From NCBI GenBank assembly GCA_016183065.1, contig JACPFF010000006.1, positions 107,578-171,577 of the forward strand: a DNA stretch of 64,000 bases, given 5' to 3'. The stretch is from Deltaproteobacteria bacterium. Its GTDB lineage: Bacteria; UBA10199; GCA-002796325; JACPFF01. How positions within the stretch are numbered: the first letter of the stretch is position 1; every line of letters starts with the position of its first letter. This document shows, piece by piece, positions 20,714 through 31,135 of this stretch. A program made the translations under genes and the position numbers. The notes under the pieces are model-generated. The model was not told the DNA's origin, ran no database searches, and saw only the letters and a program-made list of their open reading frames with translations.

Positions 20714-23686
20714 ATGAAACGTACGCTCCTCTTGTGGTTCCTCGGTGTTGTCCCGATCCTGTTCACTCCTCTCATGGCCACTGCCACAACCATTTCCGTC
20801 ACCGCTGGACAGGAAGTGCCACCGCAGACCAACGGCAACTGTGCCCTGAACGAGGCCTTTCTGGCGGCCAACGATGATGTAGCCGTGGATGCGTGTCCTG
20901 CCGGATCCGGTGCCGACATCATCCAGCTCCAAGCTGGAACCACGTACACCTTGGCGAAACCGAATGGATGGACGCAACCCGGGCTCCCAATGGTGACGGC
21001 GCCCCTGACTGTTGAGGGGAATGGTGCCACGATTGTCCGAGAGTCCGAGACGAAATTTCAGCTCCTGCGGATCTATACTGATGGGGTGACACTGAAGGGA
21101 CTGACGTTGCGGAGTGGGCAAGCTATTCCAGGGTGGGGTGGTGCCATCCTCTTTGGCTCGCAAGGCCTCCTGACCCTGGTTGACGTGACGGTCGCCGATT
21201 CCTGGGCGGATCGCGGCGGGGCCATCTTTGCGCAGGGCGATCTCTCATTGACGCGCACGACGCTGACCGCAAACAAGGCGAACGTACGCGGTGGGGCGAT
21301 TCATCATCAAGGGACTTTGGTGATGAGTGACAGTACGATCGAGAGCAATGAGGTGGTTGGTTCAGATTTTGGCGGTGGCGGGGTGTATAGCGAGAATACA
21401 GTCATCATCACCGGTTCGATACTTGCCGGAAACAGTTCCGGAGGGACGGGTGGTGCCCTGACGTTCTGGCCGATCGCCCCGGGGAAGTCCTGCACGGTCA
21501 CCGGAAGTTCCGTGGTGGAGAATTTTGGCCAATCGGGTGGCGGCCTCTACCTGCGGCCGGGCGGGGGAACGGTGACGATCACGGAGAGCGATATCAGTGG
21601 CAATATTGTGCAGGGGGGTGGCGGAGGGATCAAGCTCTATGCACCGAGTCTTGCCGAAAATAATACCGTGACCATTGCAAATAGCACGATTGCTGGGAAC
21701 GTCGCTGCCGTTACCCAGACTGGTGGTGGGATCTTTAACGCGGGAGTGGCCGTGACGCTCATCAACGCCACGGTCACACAAAACCAGGCCGAGCTGGGTG
21801 CCGGTCTCTATCAGTCGGAGACGGAGGTCGCAAAATTCCACAATGTGCTCCTCCTGAACAATGTATTGTATACCGGGGTGAACGGTGATTGTTTCCAGGG
21901 TGGAGGGGGTGGCATCTTTTCGCTGGGACATAATCTCGTCGGGACCACATGTCAGGGATTCACTCCTGAGGCGTCCGACCAGGTCCCTGAGGATCCCTCG
22001 CTCGCCGGTGTCGGAAATTATTTCCCGAGTCCCGAGGCCGGAAAGGGGCATTGTCTCTTGGGGGATGCCAGCCTGGCGCTCAATGCCGGCGACACAACGC
22101 GCTGCACTGATGCTGGCGATCTGCAATTGTCGCACGACCAGATCGGGCAGGCACGCAATGGCGCGTGCGATATCGGTGCGATTGAGGCCGTGTGTGGCGA
22201 TGAAATCCTCCATGTGTCGCTCGGCGAGGTCTGCGACGATGGCAATGCCGTTGGCGGTGATGGGTGCAGCGGGGATTGCTCGAAATTCGAGGTCTGCGGC
22301 GATGACACGCTCGATGGCGGAGAGGCCTGCGATGACGGAAATACGGCTGGAGGCGATGGCTGCAGCGCCGACTGCCTCAAAATCGAAATTTGCGGCGACG
22401 CGTTCCCTGACACGGGAGAGATCTGCGATGATGGCAATACCATCAGTGGCGATGGGTGCCGTGCCGATTGTGCAAAGCTGGAAATCTGCGGCGATGCAGT
22501 GCTCGATGCGGGCGAGGCCTGCGACGACGGCAATCAAAAACTCGGCGATGGATGCAACAAACAATGCCAGTTGGAAATCTGTGGCGATGGAAAAATCGAT
22601 CGCGGCGAAAAATGCGATGACGGGAATACTGTGGGCGGGGATGGCTGTAGCGCCAATTGCAAGAAGATCGAGCTCTGCGGCGATAGCGTGATCGACATGG
22701 GCGAGGCGTGCGACGATGGCAATCAGGTCAATACCGATGCCTGTCCCAATAGTTGCCAATCGCCACAGTGTGGGGATGGCATTGTCCAACAAAATGGGAT
22801 CGAGGCGTGTGATGATGGCAATCAGGTCAATACCGATGCCTGCCTCAATAATTGTATCCTGGCCGCCTGTGGCGACGGGGTGTTGCAGTCAGGCGTGGAA
22901 ACGTGCGACGACGGGAATACGGTCAGTGGCGATGGCTGCCGCGCCGATTGCCTCAAGACGGAAGTATGTGGTGATGGCCTTCAGGACGCGGGTGAGGCGT
23001 GTGATGACGGCAATAGCGTCCAGGCGGATGCCTGCCTCAATAATTGTATCCTGGCCGCCTGTGGCGACGGCATCGTCCGTGCGGGCATTGAACAGTGTGA
23101 TGATGCCAACCCCGACAACACTGATCCATGCATCGACACTTGCAAAACGGCCGCCTGCGGGGATGGGTTCATTCAAAAGGGCGTGGAGTCGTGCGACGAC
23201 GGCAATGCCGACGATGGCGACGCCTGCCCGGGGAATTGTCTCCTTGACCAATGCGGTGACGGCGTCATCAGTGTGGGTGAGGCCTGCGACGACGGCAATG
23301 CCGCGCAGACCGATGCCTGTCTGAACAGTTGCGTGGCAGCGACCTGTGGCGATGGTGTGCTCCAAACCGGCGTGGAGAGCTGTGATGACGGGAACGTCGT
23401 GGGTGGCGATGGGTGTTCCAGTGCGTGTGTCACAGAAGGGGGAGCACCGACTCAGGAAGATGAGAACGGTACGGCAGGTGACGCGAGCACGGAGAATGGG
23501 GACGTCTCCGCCGGTGCCGATGAAACCGCAGGCGAAGCAGGTGCGGCAGCAAATGGAGACGGCACGACCGATGGTGAGACGGGCGGCGCGCCGACTGACG
23601 AAACCGGTACCACCACCACGCCTTCAGAGACATCGAGTAGCAGTGAAGGTGGGAGCGGCGGCGGTTGCAGCCTGATGGTGCGCTAG
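20714..23686 (+). CDS. secreted beta-helix protein with 13 tandem Cys-rich (CGDG...CDDGN...GDGC) repeats, acidic linker and [10 protein letters not shown]-terminus
   Basis: ORF 20699..23686. The ATG at 20714 is preceded by AAAGGA. Signal peptide [35 protein letters not shown] (CSLREA-like) is followed by GGAI/GGGI-type beta-helix rungs, then Myxococcus-type cysteine-rich repeats. Confidence 0.8.
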   Translation: MKRTLLLWFLGVVPILFTPLMATATTISVTAGQEVPPQTNGNCALNEAFLAANDDVAVDACPAGSGADIIQLQAGTTYTLAKPNGWTQPGLPMVTAPLTVEGNGATIVRESETKFQLLRIYTDGVTLKGLTLRSGQAIPGWGGAILFGSQGLLTLVDVTVADSWADRGGAIFAQGDLSLTRTTLTANKANVRGGAIHHQGTLVMSDSTIESNEVVGSDFGGGGVYSENTVIITGSILAGNSSGGTGGALTFWPIAPGKSCTVTGSSVVENFGQSGGGLYLRPGGGTVTITESDISGNIVQGGGGGIKLYAPSLAENNTVTIANSTIAGNVAAVTQTGGGIFNAGVAVTLINATVTQNQAELGAGLYQSETEVAKFHNVLLLNNVLYTGVNGDCFQGGGGGIFSLGHNLVGTTCQGFTPEASDQVPEDPSLAGVGNYFPSPEAGKGHCLLGDASLALNAGDTTRCTDAGDLQLSHDQIGQARNGACDIGAIEAVCGDEILHVSLGEVCDDGNAVGGDGCSGDCSKFEVCGDDTLDGGEACDDGNTAGGDGCSADCLKIEICGDAFPDTGEICDDGNTISGDGCRADCAKLEICGDAVLDAGEACDDGNQKLGDGCNKQCQLEICGDGKIDRGEKCDDGNTVGGDGCSANCKKIELCGDSVIDMGEACDDGNQVNTDACPNSCQSPQCGDGIVQQNGIEACDDGNQVNTDACLNNCILAACGDGVLQSGVETCDDGNTVSGDGCRADCLKTEVCGDGLQDAGEACDDGNSVQADACLNNCILAACGDGIVRAGIEQCDDANPDNTDPCIDTCKTAACGDGFIQKGVESCDDGNADDGDACPGNCLLDQCGDGVISVGEACDDGNAAQTDACLNSCVAATCGDGVLQTGVESCDDGNVVGGDGCSSACVTEGGAPTQEDENGTAGDASTENGDVSAGADETAGEAGAAANGDGTTDGETGGAPTDETGTTTTPSETSSSSEGGSGGGCSLMVR
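22193..23432 (+). repeat. intragenic tandem array: 13 units of about 95 nt encoding the Cys-rich repeat
   Basis: 13 CGD-initiated units counted in the translation. Identical DNA blocks occur at 22715-22743 / 22814-22842 (29 nt) and at 22835-22878 / 23027-23070 (44 nt). Confidence 0.85.
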
Positions 23687-24321
23687 CCCTGCTGGAAGCA
23701 CTTGATGACATCATCCGAGGGGACCGCGCCCTCCCGGATAATCGCCATGGTTTCGTCCGCAATATCGATGACCGTCGAGCCGCGGCTCGCAATGCATTCG
23801 CCCCCGTCGACAATGCAATCAATCCGGTCCTGAAAATAGCGACGGACATGCCGGACCTCGAGTGATGGCGGATAGCCGGACAAGTTGGCCGAGGTCGTCG
23901 TCATCGGTCGTCCGAATTGGCGCACCATCGCCGTGGCAATGGGATGCGACGAGATCCGGATACCGATTTTCCCGGTGTTCGTGGTCAGGCTCCGCGAGAT
24001 CGTTTCCGCCGCGGAAAAACAGATCGTGAGGGGCCCGGGCCAGAATCGGCGCATCATCAGGCGGGCAGGGTCGGGAATGGCCGTCACGCAGTGTGCAAGC
24101 ATCGGCATGTCCGCCACCAGGAGCGCAATCGGCAGGCCCTGATCGCGCCGCTTCAATTCATAGAGTCGCTTGATGGCCCGCTCATTGCTAAAATCGACAC
24201 CCAGGCCGTAAAACGTCTCCGTCGGATACGCCACGACGTGGCCGTTGCGCAAAAAATCGACAGCCTGTTCAATGAGGTCCTCTTCTGGGGCACGCGGATG
24301 GATATGCAAGATCTCTGTCAT
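23683..24321 (-). CDS. tsaC: L-threonylcarbamoyladenylate synthase (YrdC/Sua5/TsaC family)
   Basis: 212 aa. Motifs [25 protein letters not shown] and SANLSG are present. Confidence 0.85.
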   Translation of the reverse strand: MTEILHIHPRAPEEDLIEQAVDFLRNGHVVAYPTETFYGLGVDFSNERAIKRLYELKRRDQGLPIALLVADMPMLAHCVTAIPDPARLMMRRFWPGPLTICFSAAETISRSLTTNTGKIGIRISSHPIATAMVRQFGRPMTTTSANLSGYPPSLEVRHVRRYFQDRIDCIVDGGECIASRGSTVIDIADETMAIIREGAVPSDDVIKCFQQG

Positions 24322-24324
24322 CGA

Positions 24325-24816
24325 TTATGCTCGGAGGGTACGATCTTTTTTTTCGATCTCTTCGACCAGTGATTGCCGATAGCGCCGCAGCCGTTCCGCC
24401 AATGCCGCATCGGAGAGCGCGAGGATCTGCGCCGCAAGATAGGCCGCATTTTTTGCCCCCGCCGTCCCGATGGTGACCGCAGCCACCGGGATGCCGGCAG
24501 GCATTTGGCTGATCGCCAGGAGGGCATCGAGCCCCTGCAATGACGACGTGTCGAGTGGAACGCCAATCACCGGGAGAATCGTCTGCGCGGCCAAGGCCCC
24601 ACCAAGGTGTGCGGCATACCCGGCGCCCGCGATAATGACCGCAATGCCGCGTGCATGCGCATCCCGTGCATAGGCCGCGGTTTTGTCCGGTGATCGGTGT
24701 GCCGAGGCAATGACGAATTCATACGGGATGCCGAGGGTGTGCAGGACCTCTCCCCCGGCGCGCATGATGTCGAGATCGGAATCCGATCCCATGACGATGC
24801 CAACACGTGCCTGCAT
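24325..24816 (-). CDS. purE: N5-carboxyaminoimidazole ribonucleotide mutase
   Basis: Start MQARVGIVMGSDSDL at 24816 with GGGAGGAAG upstream. SAHRSP motif. The longer ORF extension to 24930 overlaps purD. Confidence 0.9.
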   Translation of the reverse strand: MQARVGIVMGSDSDLDIMRAGGEVLHTLGIPYEFVIASAHRSPDKTAAYARDAHARGIAVIIAGAGYAAHLGGALAAQTILPVIGVPLDTSSLQGLDALLAISQMPAGIPVAAVTIGTAGAKNAAYLAAQILALSDAALAERLRRYRQSLVEEIEKKDRTLRA

Positions 24817-24859
24817 GGTCTTCCTCCCTTTCGACAATCTGTCGGGGTCGCACGGTCCC

Positions 24860-26128
24860 CTACAACTCCCGCCGACCAATATCGGTGCGGTAGTACGCGC
24901 CCTTCCACGTAATGTCGCGGAGCGCCGCATAGGCCCGCTGCTGGGCGTCGAGAAGGTCGCTCCCGAGTGCCGTCACACCGAGCACGCGACCGCCCTGCGT
25001 GACAAGGTGGCCCTCGCACAATGTGGTCCCGGCATGAAACACCATGACATCCGCATGGGATCCGGCGTTCTCCACCCCATGAATCACATCGCCCATCCGC
25101 GGGTTGTCCGGATATCCCGCGGCGGCCATGACCACACAACAACTACTCCGGGCATCCCAGACAAGTTCCTGTGCCCCCAGTTTTCCATCCGCGGCCGCAC
25201 GGACGATCGGTGCCAGATCGCTCCGCAGTCGGAAGAGGAGCGCCTGGGCCTCGGGATCTCCGAGACGGACATTAAATTCCAAGACATACGGCTTGCCGGC
25301 AATGATCATAAGGCCGGCGTAGAGGAATCCGGTGAACTGCCGTCCCTCGCGTCGCAGGCCGTCAATGGTCGGTTCCATGATCTCGCGCCGGATCCGTCCC
25401 TCAAGCTCCGGCGTCCAGAGGCGCGAAGGCGTGTATGCCCCCATCCCTCCCGTGTTCGGCCCAAGGTCCCCATCTCCGAGTGCCTTATGATCACGGGCAC
25501 CCTCCAGCAACAGATACCGCTCGCCGTCAACCATGGCGATGCAGGAGATTTCCTCGCCCTGGAGAAATTCCTCGATGACGATGCGACGGCCTGCATCGCC
25601 ATAGGCCTGGCCGCCCAACATGGCATTGATGGTGGATTCGGCCTCTGCACGGGTGTGGGCGATGACGACGCCCTTACCGGCTGCGAGCCCATCGGCCTTG
25701 ATGACGATCGGGTACGTCTCGCGGGCCAGAAAGGCGTGGGCGTCGCGAGCGGCGGTAAAAATACCGTAGTGGGCCGTGGGAATGCCGTGTTGTTGCAGGA
25801 AGGTCTTGGCAAAGGCCTTACTCGACTCCAGTTCGGCGGCGCGCTGCGAGGGGCCAAAGATCCGGCATCCTTCGCGATGAAAGAGGTCGACAATACCGGC
25901 AGCAAGCGGGGCCTCGGGACCCACCACGGTCAAATCAATTGCTTCCCGTTGCGCCAGTGCGAGCAGGCCGGTCAGATCCGTGGCGCTCACCGCGTGACAT
26001 CGCGCACAACGTGCCATGCCCGGATTGCCTGGGGCACAATGGACCTCGGTCACCAGAGGGCTTTTGCCGAGCTTCCATGCCAGGGCGTGTTCACGACCAC
26101 CACTCCCAATGACGAGAATTTTCATCAC
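24860..26128 (-). CDS. purD: phosphoribosylamine-glycine ligase
   Basis: 422 aa. MKILVIGSGGREHALAWKL and ATP-grasp blocks are present. Confidence 0.9.
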   Translation of the reverse strand: MMKILVIGSGGREHALAWKLGKSPLVTEVHCAPGNPGMARCARCHAVSATDLTGLLALAQREAIDLTVVGPEAPLAAGIVDLFHREGCRIFGPSQRAAELESSKAFAKTFLQQHGIPTAHYGIFTAARDAHAFLARETYPIVIKADGLAAGKGVVIAHTRAEAESTINAMLGGQAYGDAGRRIVIEEFLQGEEISCIAMVDGERYLLLEGARDHKALGDGDLGPNTGGMGAYTPSRLWTPELEGRIRREIMEPTIDGLRREGRQFTGFLYAGLMIIAGKPYVLEFNVRLGDPEAQALLFRLRSDLAPIVRAAADGKLGAQELVWDARSSCCVVMAAAGYPDNPRMGDVIHGVENAGSHADVMVFHAGTTLCEGHLVTQGGRVLGVTALGSDLLDAQQRAYAALRDITWKGAYYRTDIGRREL

Positions 26129-26200
26129 AAATTCTCATAATCGGCCCTTCTGGAAAAAGTCAATTGACAACTCGGAGGGGATGGAAAACAATAAAGGGCT

Positions 26201-26566
26201 ATGAATAAAAAGGATCTAAAACGATTCGAAAAAATTTTGCAGGAGCGGAAGTCGCAACTGATGCAGGCGGCGGACAACACGCGTGAAGAGGGCCTCGGCG
26301 TGGATCAGGACGAATTGCACGATGAAGTCGATCAGGCCTCAACCGAGTCGGGCCAGCAATTACGACTCCGATTGCGCGATCGCGAAAGCGTGTTGCTGCG
26401 GAAAATCGAGAAGGCCCTGCAAAAGATCACGGCGGGTGAATATGGGGTGTGCGAAATCTGCGAGGAAGAGATCGGGATCAAGCGCCTGGAGGCCCGTCCG
26501 GTGACCGAACTCTGCATCCGGTGCAAAGAGGAACAGGAACAACAGGAACGCGGTTACGCCACGTAA
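26201..26566 (+). CDS. dksA: DksA/TraR family C4-type zinc-finger protein
   Basis: 121 aa. CEICEEEI...CIRC four-Cys finger after a coiled-coil region. Confidence 0.85.
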   Translation: MNKKDLKRFEKILQERKSQLMQAADNTREEGLGVDQDELHDEVDQASTESGQQLRLRLRDRESVLLRKIEKALQKITAGEYGVCEICEEEIGIKRLEARPVTELCIRCKEEQEQQERGYAT

Positions 26567-28959
26567 GTGCCGTACACGGTCCGTATCTGTCGGCGGACCG
26601 CATGAATCCGAGCAATGGCCTCTGCGGTCGATCCCAGCGACAACGCACGCACAACTTGCGCGAAGGTCTCCCCGGTCACATCAATCCGGGTCGTCGTGGC
26701 GTTGCTCGCCACGCGATAATGGGCCAGCAGCCGCTTCAACCACGCATAGGCATCGGACAATTGTTGCGCAGTCTCGTGCGGGAGTATCCTCAGCGCTCCC
26801 AAGTGTTGCAAGGCACTCCAGGTATTCCCGACGCGCAGTGGCCGATGGGTCTCTCCATGGCGGAGTTGGAGCATCTGCACCAGACATTCGATGTCGGCAT
26901 AGCCGCCGGGCCCGAATTTCACATCGACACTCTCGGGAGATTCCTCTCCCCGTTCCTGTGCCATCCGTTCTCGCAGTCGCCGAATTTCCGCGGTCCCTTC
27001 CGTCGGGAACGGCACGGCAAATGGCAGTTCTGGCAATACCGTGGCCAGGCTCGTGAGAAAGGCACTCTCTCCCGCGATCGGGCGCGCGCGTAAAAAAGCC
27101 TGACGCTCCCAGAGGGCCGCATCATCCCGATGGTATCGGCAAAAGGCCTCGTATGGTGTGACCAACACACCGCACTCCCCGGACGGGCGGAGCGTGGTAT
27201 CGACGGCATAGAGGCGGCCATACCGATGTCGTATGGTCAGCAACGAGAGGATTTTCTGGGCCAGCCGGGAAAAAAACTCGGCAGCGGGCACCACGTGTGC
27301 GCCATCCGTTTCCCCGGCGTCCCGGTAGAGAAAGAGGAGATCCAGATCCGATCCATAATCCATTTCAAAGGCCCCGCAACTTCCCAGCGCAATAATGGCA
27401 AAGGGGATTTCTTCCCCCCGCGGTGTGCGTGGCACGCCATAGCGGGCCTGGCACATGATGGTCGTCATCTGCAGGACGGCTTCGACACACGCCTCGGCCA
27501 AGAGTGTCAGTCGCTGTGTCACCTCCGGAAACGGGAGTGTCTCTTCCAGATCGGCGGTCAAAATCTGTGTGACGACACTCCGTTTGCTCCAGGTGAGTCC
27601 GTCGATTTTCTCTTCAAGGGTGTTGCAGGTATGGAGATTGGTATCGAGGATTTCTGTCACGGCAATTTTTTCATAGGGGAGCGCAAACATCATCCGAAAC
27701 ACGCCGTGAATGTGCGCCATGTGTCGTGTCAGCAGATCGGTGACCTCCCCAACCGGATCGTCGGTGCCGGGCGCCATCGCGGTGGCAAGATGTTCCATGG
27801 TCGGGCGATCGGCAGGGAGCGTATGTGTCTGCTGCTCCCGGATGAGCTGCAGACGGTTCTCGAGATGGCGGAGATACGCATAGCCTTCGAGTAGTCCGGT
27901 GCCGTGGGTGCGTGGAAGGAGGCGTGCAGCGACGAGGTGACGGAGGGCATCGAATGTCGAATGGGTCTGCACGGCGGGATGTTTTCCGCCGTGCAGGACG
28001 AGGAGGGCATGGGTGATAAATTCCACCTCCCGAATGCCACCTTGACCGAATTTGAGATGCAGGGCCGTCGGTTGATAGGCTGCCGAGATCTCCTGTTTCA
28101 TGGAGTGCAGTGCATCCACGATGCTGCTGCTGGTGTACCGGGGATAGATGAAGGCGTGCAGCGTCTTGAGCAGTGCGTGGCCGATGGCCAGATTGCCGGC
28201 GATCGGTCGTGCGCGGATCAGCATGACGCGTTCCCAATCGCTCCCGCGTGCTTCATAGTATTGCATGGCGGCAGCAGTGGAGATGCCGGGCGGGCCACCG
28301 GCCCCTTCGGGACGGAGGTCCCAGTCAACACGGAAGACAAACCCGTCGGCAGTCTGCTGTTGCAGGAGTCGCGTGAAGTCTCTGACGAGGGGTGGCATAT
28401 GTGACGCAAGTCGTTCCGTCACGCTCTCATCGAAACAGAGCATGAGATCGATATCGGAGCTGATATTGAGTTCCGTGGCCCCCAGTTTTCCCAGTGCAAG
28501 GAGAACGACATGCTGGTGGAGCGGCTCGCCGAAGTGAAGCGTGTGCGTCAGCGTGTGGCAGACCTGGTGGAATGCGTGGGCAATGGCCACTTCTGCGACC
28601 AGTGTCCAATCCGCCAGGAGCGGTTCGACGGCCGTCTCTGCGTTGAGATCGCGCCAGGCAATGCGGATCAGTTCGTAATATTTAAACCACCGCAGACCTT
28701 GCGCCAGATCCTGCGCGTGGTGGCACCAGCCGGCACATTCCCGTTCCAGCTGTTCGCGCGGTTTTGCTGACGTAGTGTACGGGTCGTTCTCAAGCGTCTG
28801 CATCCATTCCGGATGCACCTGCAGGCGACTGCCAAGCAACGGGCTATAGTCTATAAGCCGCTGGAGCGGTTCGTGCGGCGCCGGCATGCTCCGAGTATAG
28901 CGTAGTGTGCATCGGAGTGGGAGAAAAAACCCCCGTTGGGCAGACCAACGGGGGTGCAT
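26554..28959 (-). CDS. glnE: bifunctional glutamine synthetase adenylyltransferase/adenylyl-removing enzyme
   Basis: 801 aa with two nucleotidyltransferase halves (LALGKLGATELNISSDIDLM and ALGSCGAFEMDYGSDLDLLF). Start uncertain: 28959 or the Met at 28887. Confidence 0.85.
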   Translation of the reverse strand: MHPRWSAQRGFFLPLRCTLRYTRSMPAPHEPLQRLIDYSPLLGSRLQVHPEWMQTLENDPYTTSAKPREQLERECAGWCHHAQDLAQGLRWFKYYELIRIAWRDLNAETAVEPLLADWTLVAEVAIAHAFHQVCHTLTHTLHFGEPLHQHVVLLALGKLGATELNISSDIDLMLCFDESVTERLASHMPPLVRDFTRLLQQQTADGFVFRVDWDLRPEGAGGPPGISTAAAMQYYEARGSDWERVMLIRARPIAGNLAIGHALLKTLHAFIYPRYTSSSIVDALHSMKQEISAAYQPTALHLKFGQGGIREVEFITHALLVLHGGKHPAVQTHSTFDALRHLVAARLLPRTHGTGLLEGYAYLRHLENRLQLIREQQTHTLPADRPTMEHLATAMAPGTDDPVGEVTDLLTRHMAHIHGVFRMMFALPYEKIAVTEILDTNLHTCNTLEEKIDGLTWSKRSVVTQILTADLEETLPFPEVTQRLTLLAEACVEAVLQMTTIMCQARYGVPRTPRGEEIPFAIIALGSCGAFEMDYGSDLDLLFLYRDAGETDGAHVVPAAEFFSRLAQKILSLLTIRHRYGRLYAVDTTLRPSGECGVLVTPYEAFCRYHRDDAALWERQAFLRARPIAGESAFLTSLATVLPELPFAVPFPTEGTAEIRRLRERMAQERGEESPESVDVKFGPGGYADIECLVQMLQLRHGETHRPLRVGNTWSALQHLGALRILPHETAQQLSDAYAWLKRLLAHYRVASNATTTRIDVTGETFAQVVRALSLGSTAEAIARIHAVRRQIRTVYGTYVA

Positions 28960-28986
28960 ATTGACAGGCGATGTGGTGTGGTCTCC

Positions 28987-29208
28987 TTATCCCTTCATGA
29001 CATTCTGCGCCTGGGGACCTTTTGTGCCATCGACCAAGTCGAAGGTCACGGTCTCTCCTTCGGTCAGGGTCTTGTAGCCTTCCCCCTGAATGGCGGAGTA
29101 ATGGACGAAGACATCAGGGCCTTCCTCACGTTCAATAAACCCATAGCCTTTATGGTCGTTGAACCATTTGACCCGCCCCTGATGTTGTCCGGTCGGCGCC
29201 GTCGCCAT
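28987..29208 (-). CDS. cspA: cold-shock protein (CSD)
   Basis: Start [25 protein letters not shown] at 29208. RNP1/RNP2 motifs (KGYGFI, VFVHYS). About 280 nt of upstream untranslated region. Confidence 0.9.
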   Translation of the reverse strand: MATAPTGQHQGRVKWFNDHKGYGFIEREEGPDVFVHYSAIQGEGYKTLTEGETVTFDLVDGTKGPQAQNVMKG

Positions 29209-29492
29209 GTTCTGGCCACTGGCTGGTGCCTCCGTGAGGCATTCCTCTCCTTCGTGAACGACTTGTGTCACAAAAACCCTCCTTACCATGGTGCCCTTGC
29301 TCTACGCACCTGCACCTCCGAGGGGGCTCCAGAGCAAACGGTGCACCGTTCATTTCACGGCAGATCCTCGGAGTGTGCGGACCGTAGTATGGGGCCTTGC
29401 AGGGTGTCAATCTGGATATCGGCACGTGGAGATCGCATCGTCTCGGCGGTCCCGATCTCACCCGCCGGTCTCACGCGATGAGGCATCCATCC

Positions 29493-30977
29493 TCAACCCT
29501 TGAGCTGATGCCATGTAAGAATCGGTGAGCGCGCCGCCATGACTTCATCGAGTCGCCGTCGAAACGTATGGTGCGGGGCCTCGGTCAGCGTCGCCGGGGT
29601 ATGCTGCGCCTCTTTGGCAATGGCCCGCATGGCCGCAATGAACTGGTCGCAGCTCTCTTTGCTTTCTGTCTCGGTCGGTTCGATCATCATGGCCCCGGCG
29701 ACGAGCAGGGGAAAGTAGATCGTCGGGGGATGAAAGCCGTAATCCATGAGCCGTTTGGCAATATCGAGCGTTTTGACGCCTCCCGGTTGTTGCCATTTGT
29801 CGGTCAGGACACATTCATGGAGGGCTGGCGTTGCATACGGAAGATGATACGAGGCGGTGAGCTGTGCCCGGATATAATTGGCATTGAGTACGGCGTATTC
29901 ACTGGCATGTCGGAGGCCGGGTGCACCCATTTCGCGAATGTACGTATAGGCGCGGACCAGCATGCCGAAGTTGCCGTAAAAGGCCTTGATACGGCCAATC
30001 GATTTGGGGGCCGATGCATCCCACCCATAGCCCGCCGCGGTTTTAACCACGCGGGGAATGGGGAGATAGGGGGCGAGCGGTTGGCGGACACCAATGGGAC
30101 CCGCTCCGGGTCCGCCGCCACCATGCGGCGTGGTAAAAGTCTTGTGGAGATTGAAGTGCATGACATCGACTCCCATCTCCCCGATCTGTGCAATGCCCAT
30201 GAGGGCGTTGAGGTTGGCCCCGTCGCAATAGACAAGGCCCCCGCGTGCATGCACAATATCGCAAATTTCGCGGATGTTCCGTTCAAAGATGCCAAGGGTG
30301 TTCGGATTGGTCACCATGATCGCGGCCACATCGTCGGACATGGCGTTCGCCACAGTACTCGGTTCCAGCAGGCCGTCAGGCCCGGAGGGAATCTGTGTCA
30401 CGCGATATCCGCAAATGGCCGCAGAGGCCGGATTGGTGCCATGGGCGCTGTCGGGAATCAACACGCGCGACCGCGGATCGCCCCGGTCCTGCAAATAGGC
30501 ACGGATGACCATGAGTCCTGTCAGTTCCCCATGCGATCCGGCGGCCGGACAGGTCGAGATGGCCTCCATGCCACTGATGGCCTTCAGCGCCTCTTCGAGG
30601 GCGGCAATGAGCGCCAGTGCCCCCTGCGCCGTGCCGGAATCCTGGTACGGATGGAGGTACGCAAAGCCGGGAAGGGCGGCCACGGCCTCGTTTGTCCGGG
30701 GATTGTGTTTCATCGTGCAGGAGCCGAGGGGAAAAAATCCGGCATCCTTGCAGTAATTCCAGCTCGAGAGGCGGGTGAAATGCCGTACCAGATCGGCCTC
30801 GGAGATCTCCGGCAAGGCTGCCGGCGTCTGGCGGAGTAGCGCTGCCGGCAACGTGGCTTCCGGAGCGCGTGTCGGGACATCGTTGGCGTGCGGGAGCGAA
30901 CAACTCTGCCGCCCGGGCCGGCTCAACTCACAGAGCAACGGTTCTTCCAGGACGAGCCCCGTGCTTCCGGGCGTCAT
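29493..30977 (-). CDS. gcvPB: glycine dehydrogenase (decarboxylating) subunit 2
   Basis: The canonical N-terminus (LVLEEPLLCELSRPGR) begins at the Met at 30977. The ORF stays open upstream through the repeat to 31139. Confidence 0.9.
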   Translation of the reverse strand: MTPGSTGLVLEEPLLCELSRPGRQSCSLPHANDVPTRAPEATLPAALLRQTPAALPEISEADLVRHFTRLSSWNYCKDAGFFPLGSCTMKHNPRTNEAVAALPGFAYLHPYQDSGTAQGALALIAALEEALKAISGMEAISTCPAAGSHGELTGLMVIRAYLQDRGDPRSRVLIPDSAHGTNPASAAICGYRVTQIPSGPDGLLEPSTVANAMSDDVAAIMVTNPNTLGIFERNIREICDIVHARGGLVYCDGANLNALMGIAQIGEMGVDVMHFNLHKTFTTPHGGGGPGAGPIGVRQPLAPYLPIPRVVKTAAGYGWDASAPKSIGRIKAFYGNFGMLVRAYTYIREMGAPGLRHASEYAVLNANYIRAQLTASYHLPYATPALHECVLTDKWQQPGGVKTLDIAKRLMDYGFHPPTIYFPLLVAGAMMIEPTETESKESCDQFIAAMRAIAKEAQHTPATLTEAPHHTFRRRLDEVMAARSPILTWHQLKG

Positions 30978-31015
30978 GGGCACCTCTGGGGGATGCTTCG
31001 TCACAGGTTTCTCCG

Positions 31016-31105
31016 CTATTGGAGGGGCTCGCGTCGCCCCCTCCAGCGGCAAAGCCGCTGGAGCCTCCCCCTCAACGCCGCGGTGCGGCTGGGTCGTGGG
31101 GCTCA
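31016..31105 (+). repeat. GC-rich mosaic intergenic repeat, copy 2 (variant-B hairpin)
   Basis: CTATTGGAGGGGCTCGCGTCGCCCCCTCCAGCGGCAAAGCCGCTGGAGCCTCCCCCTCAACGCCGCGGTGCGGCTGGGTCGTGGGGC, located between gcvPA and gcvPB. Confidence 0.85.
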
Positions 31106-31135
31106 CCCTCTGGGGCACTGGTTGACCCATCATCG

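Noticed and set aside
23684-23760. Stop-codon read-through or recoding that would extend the GGGCSL tails into a normal TM + basic sorting domain
   Set aside because: Translating past the TAG at 23684 and past the TAG at 43415-43417 gives non-hydrophobic sequence that soon hits further stops. The third tail ends with TGA. Ordinary genes in the window terminate normally with all three stop codons.
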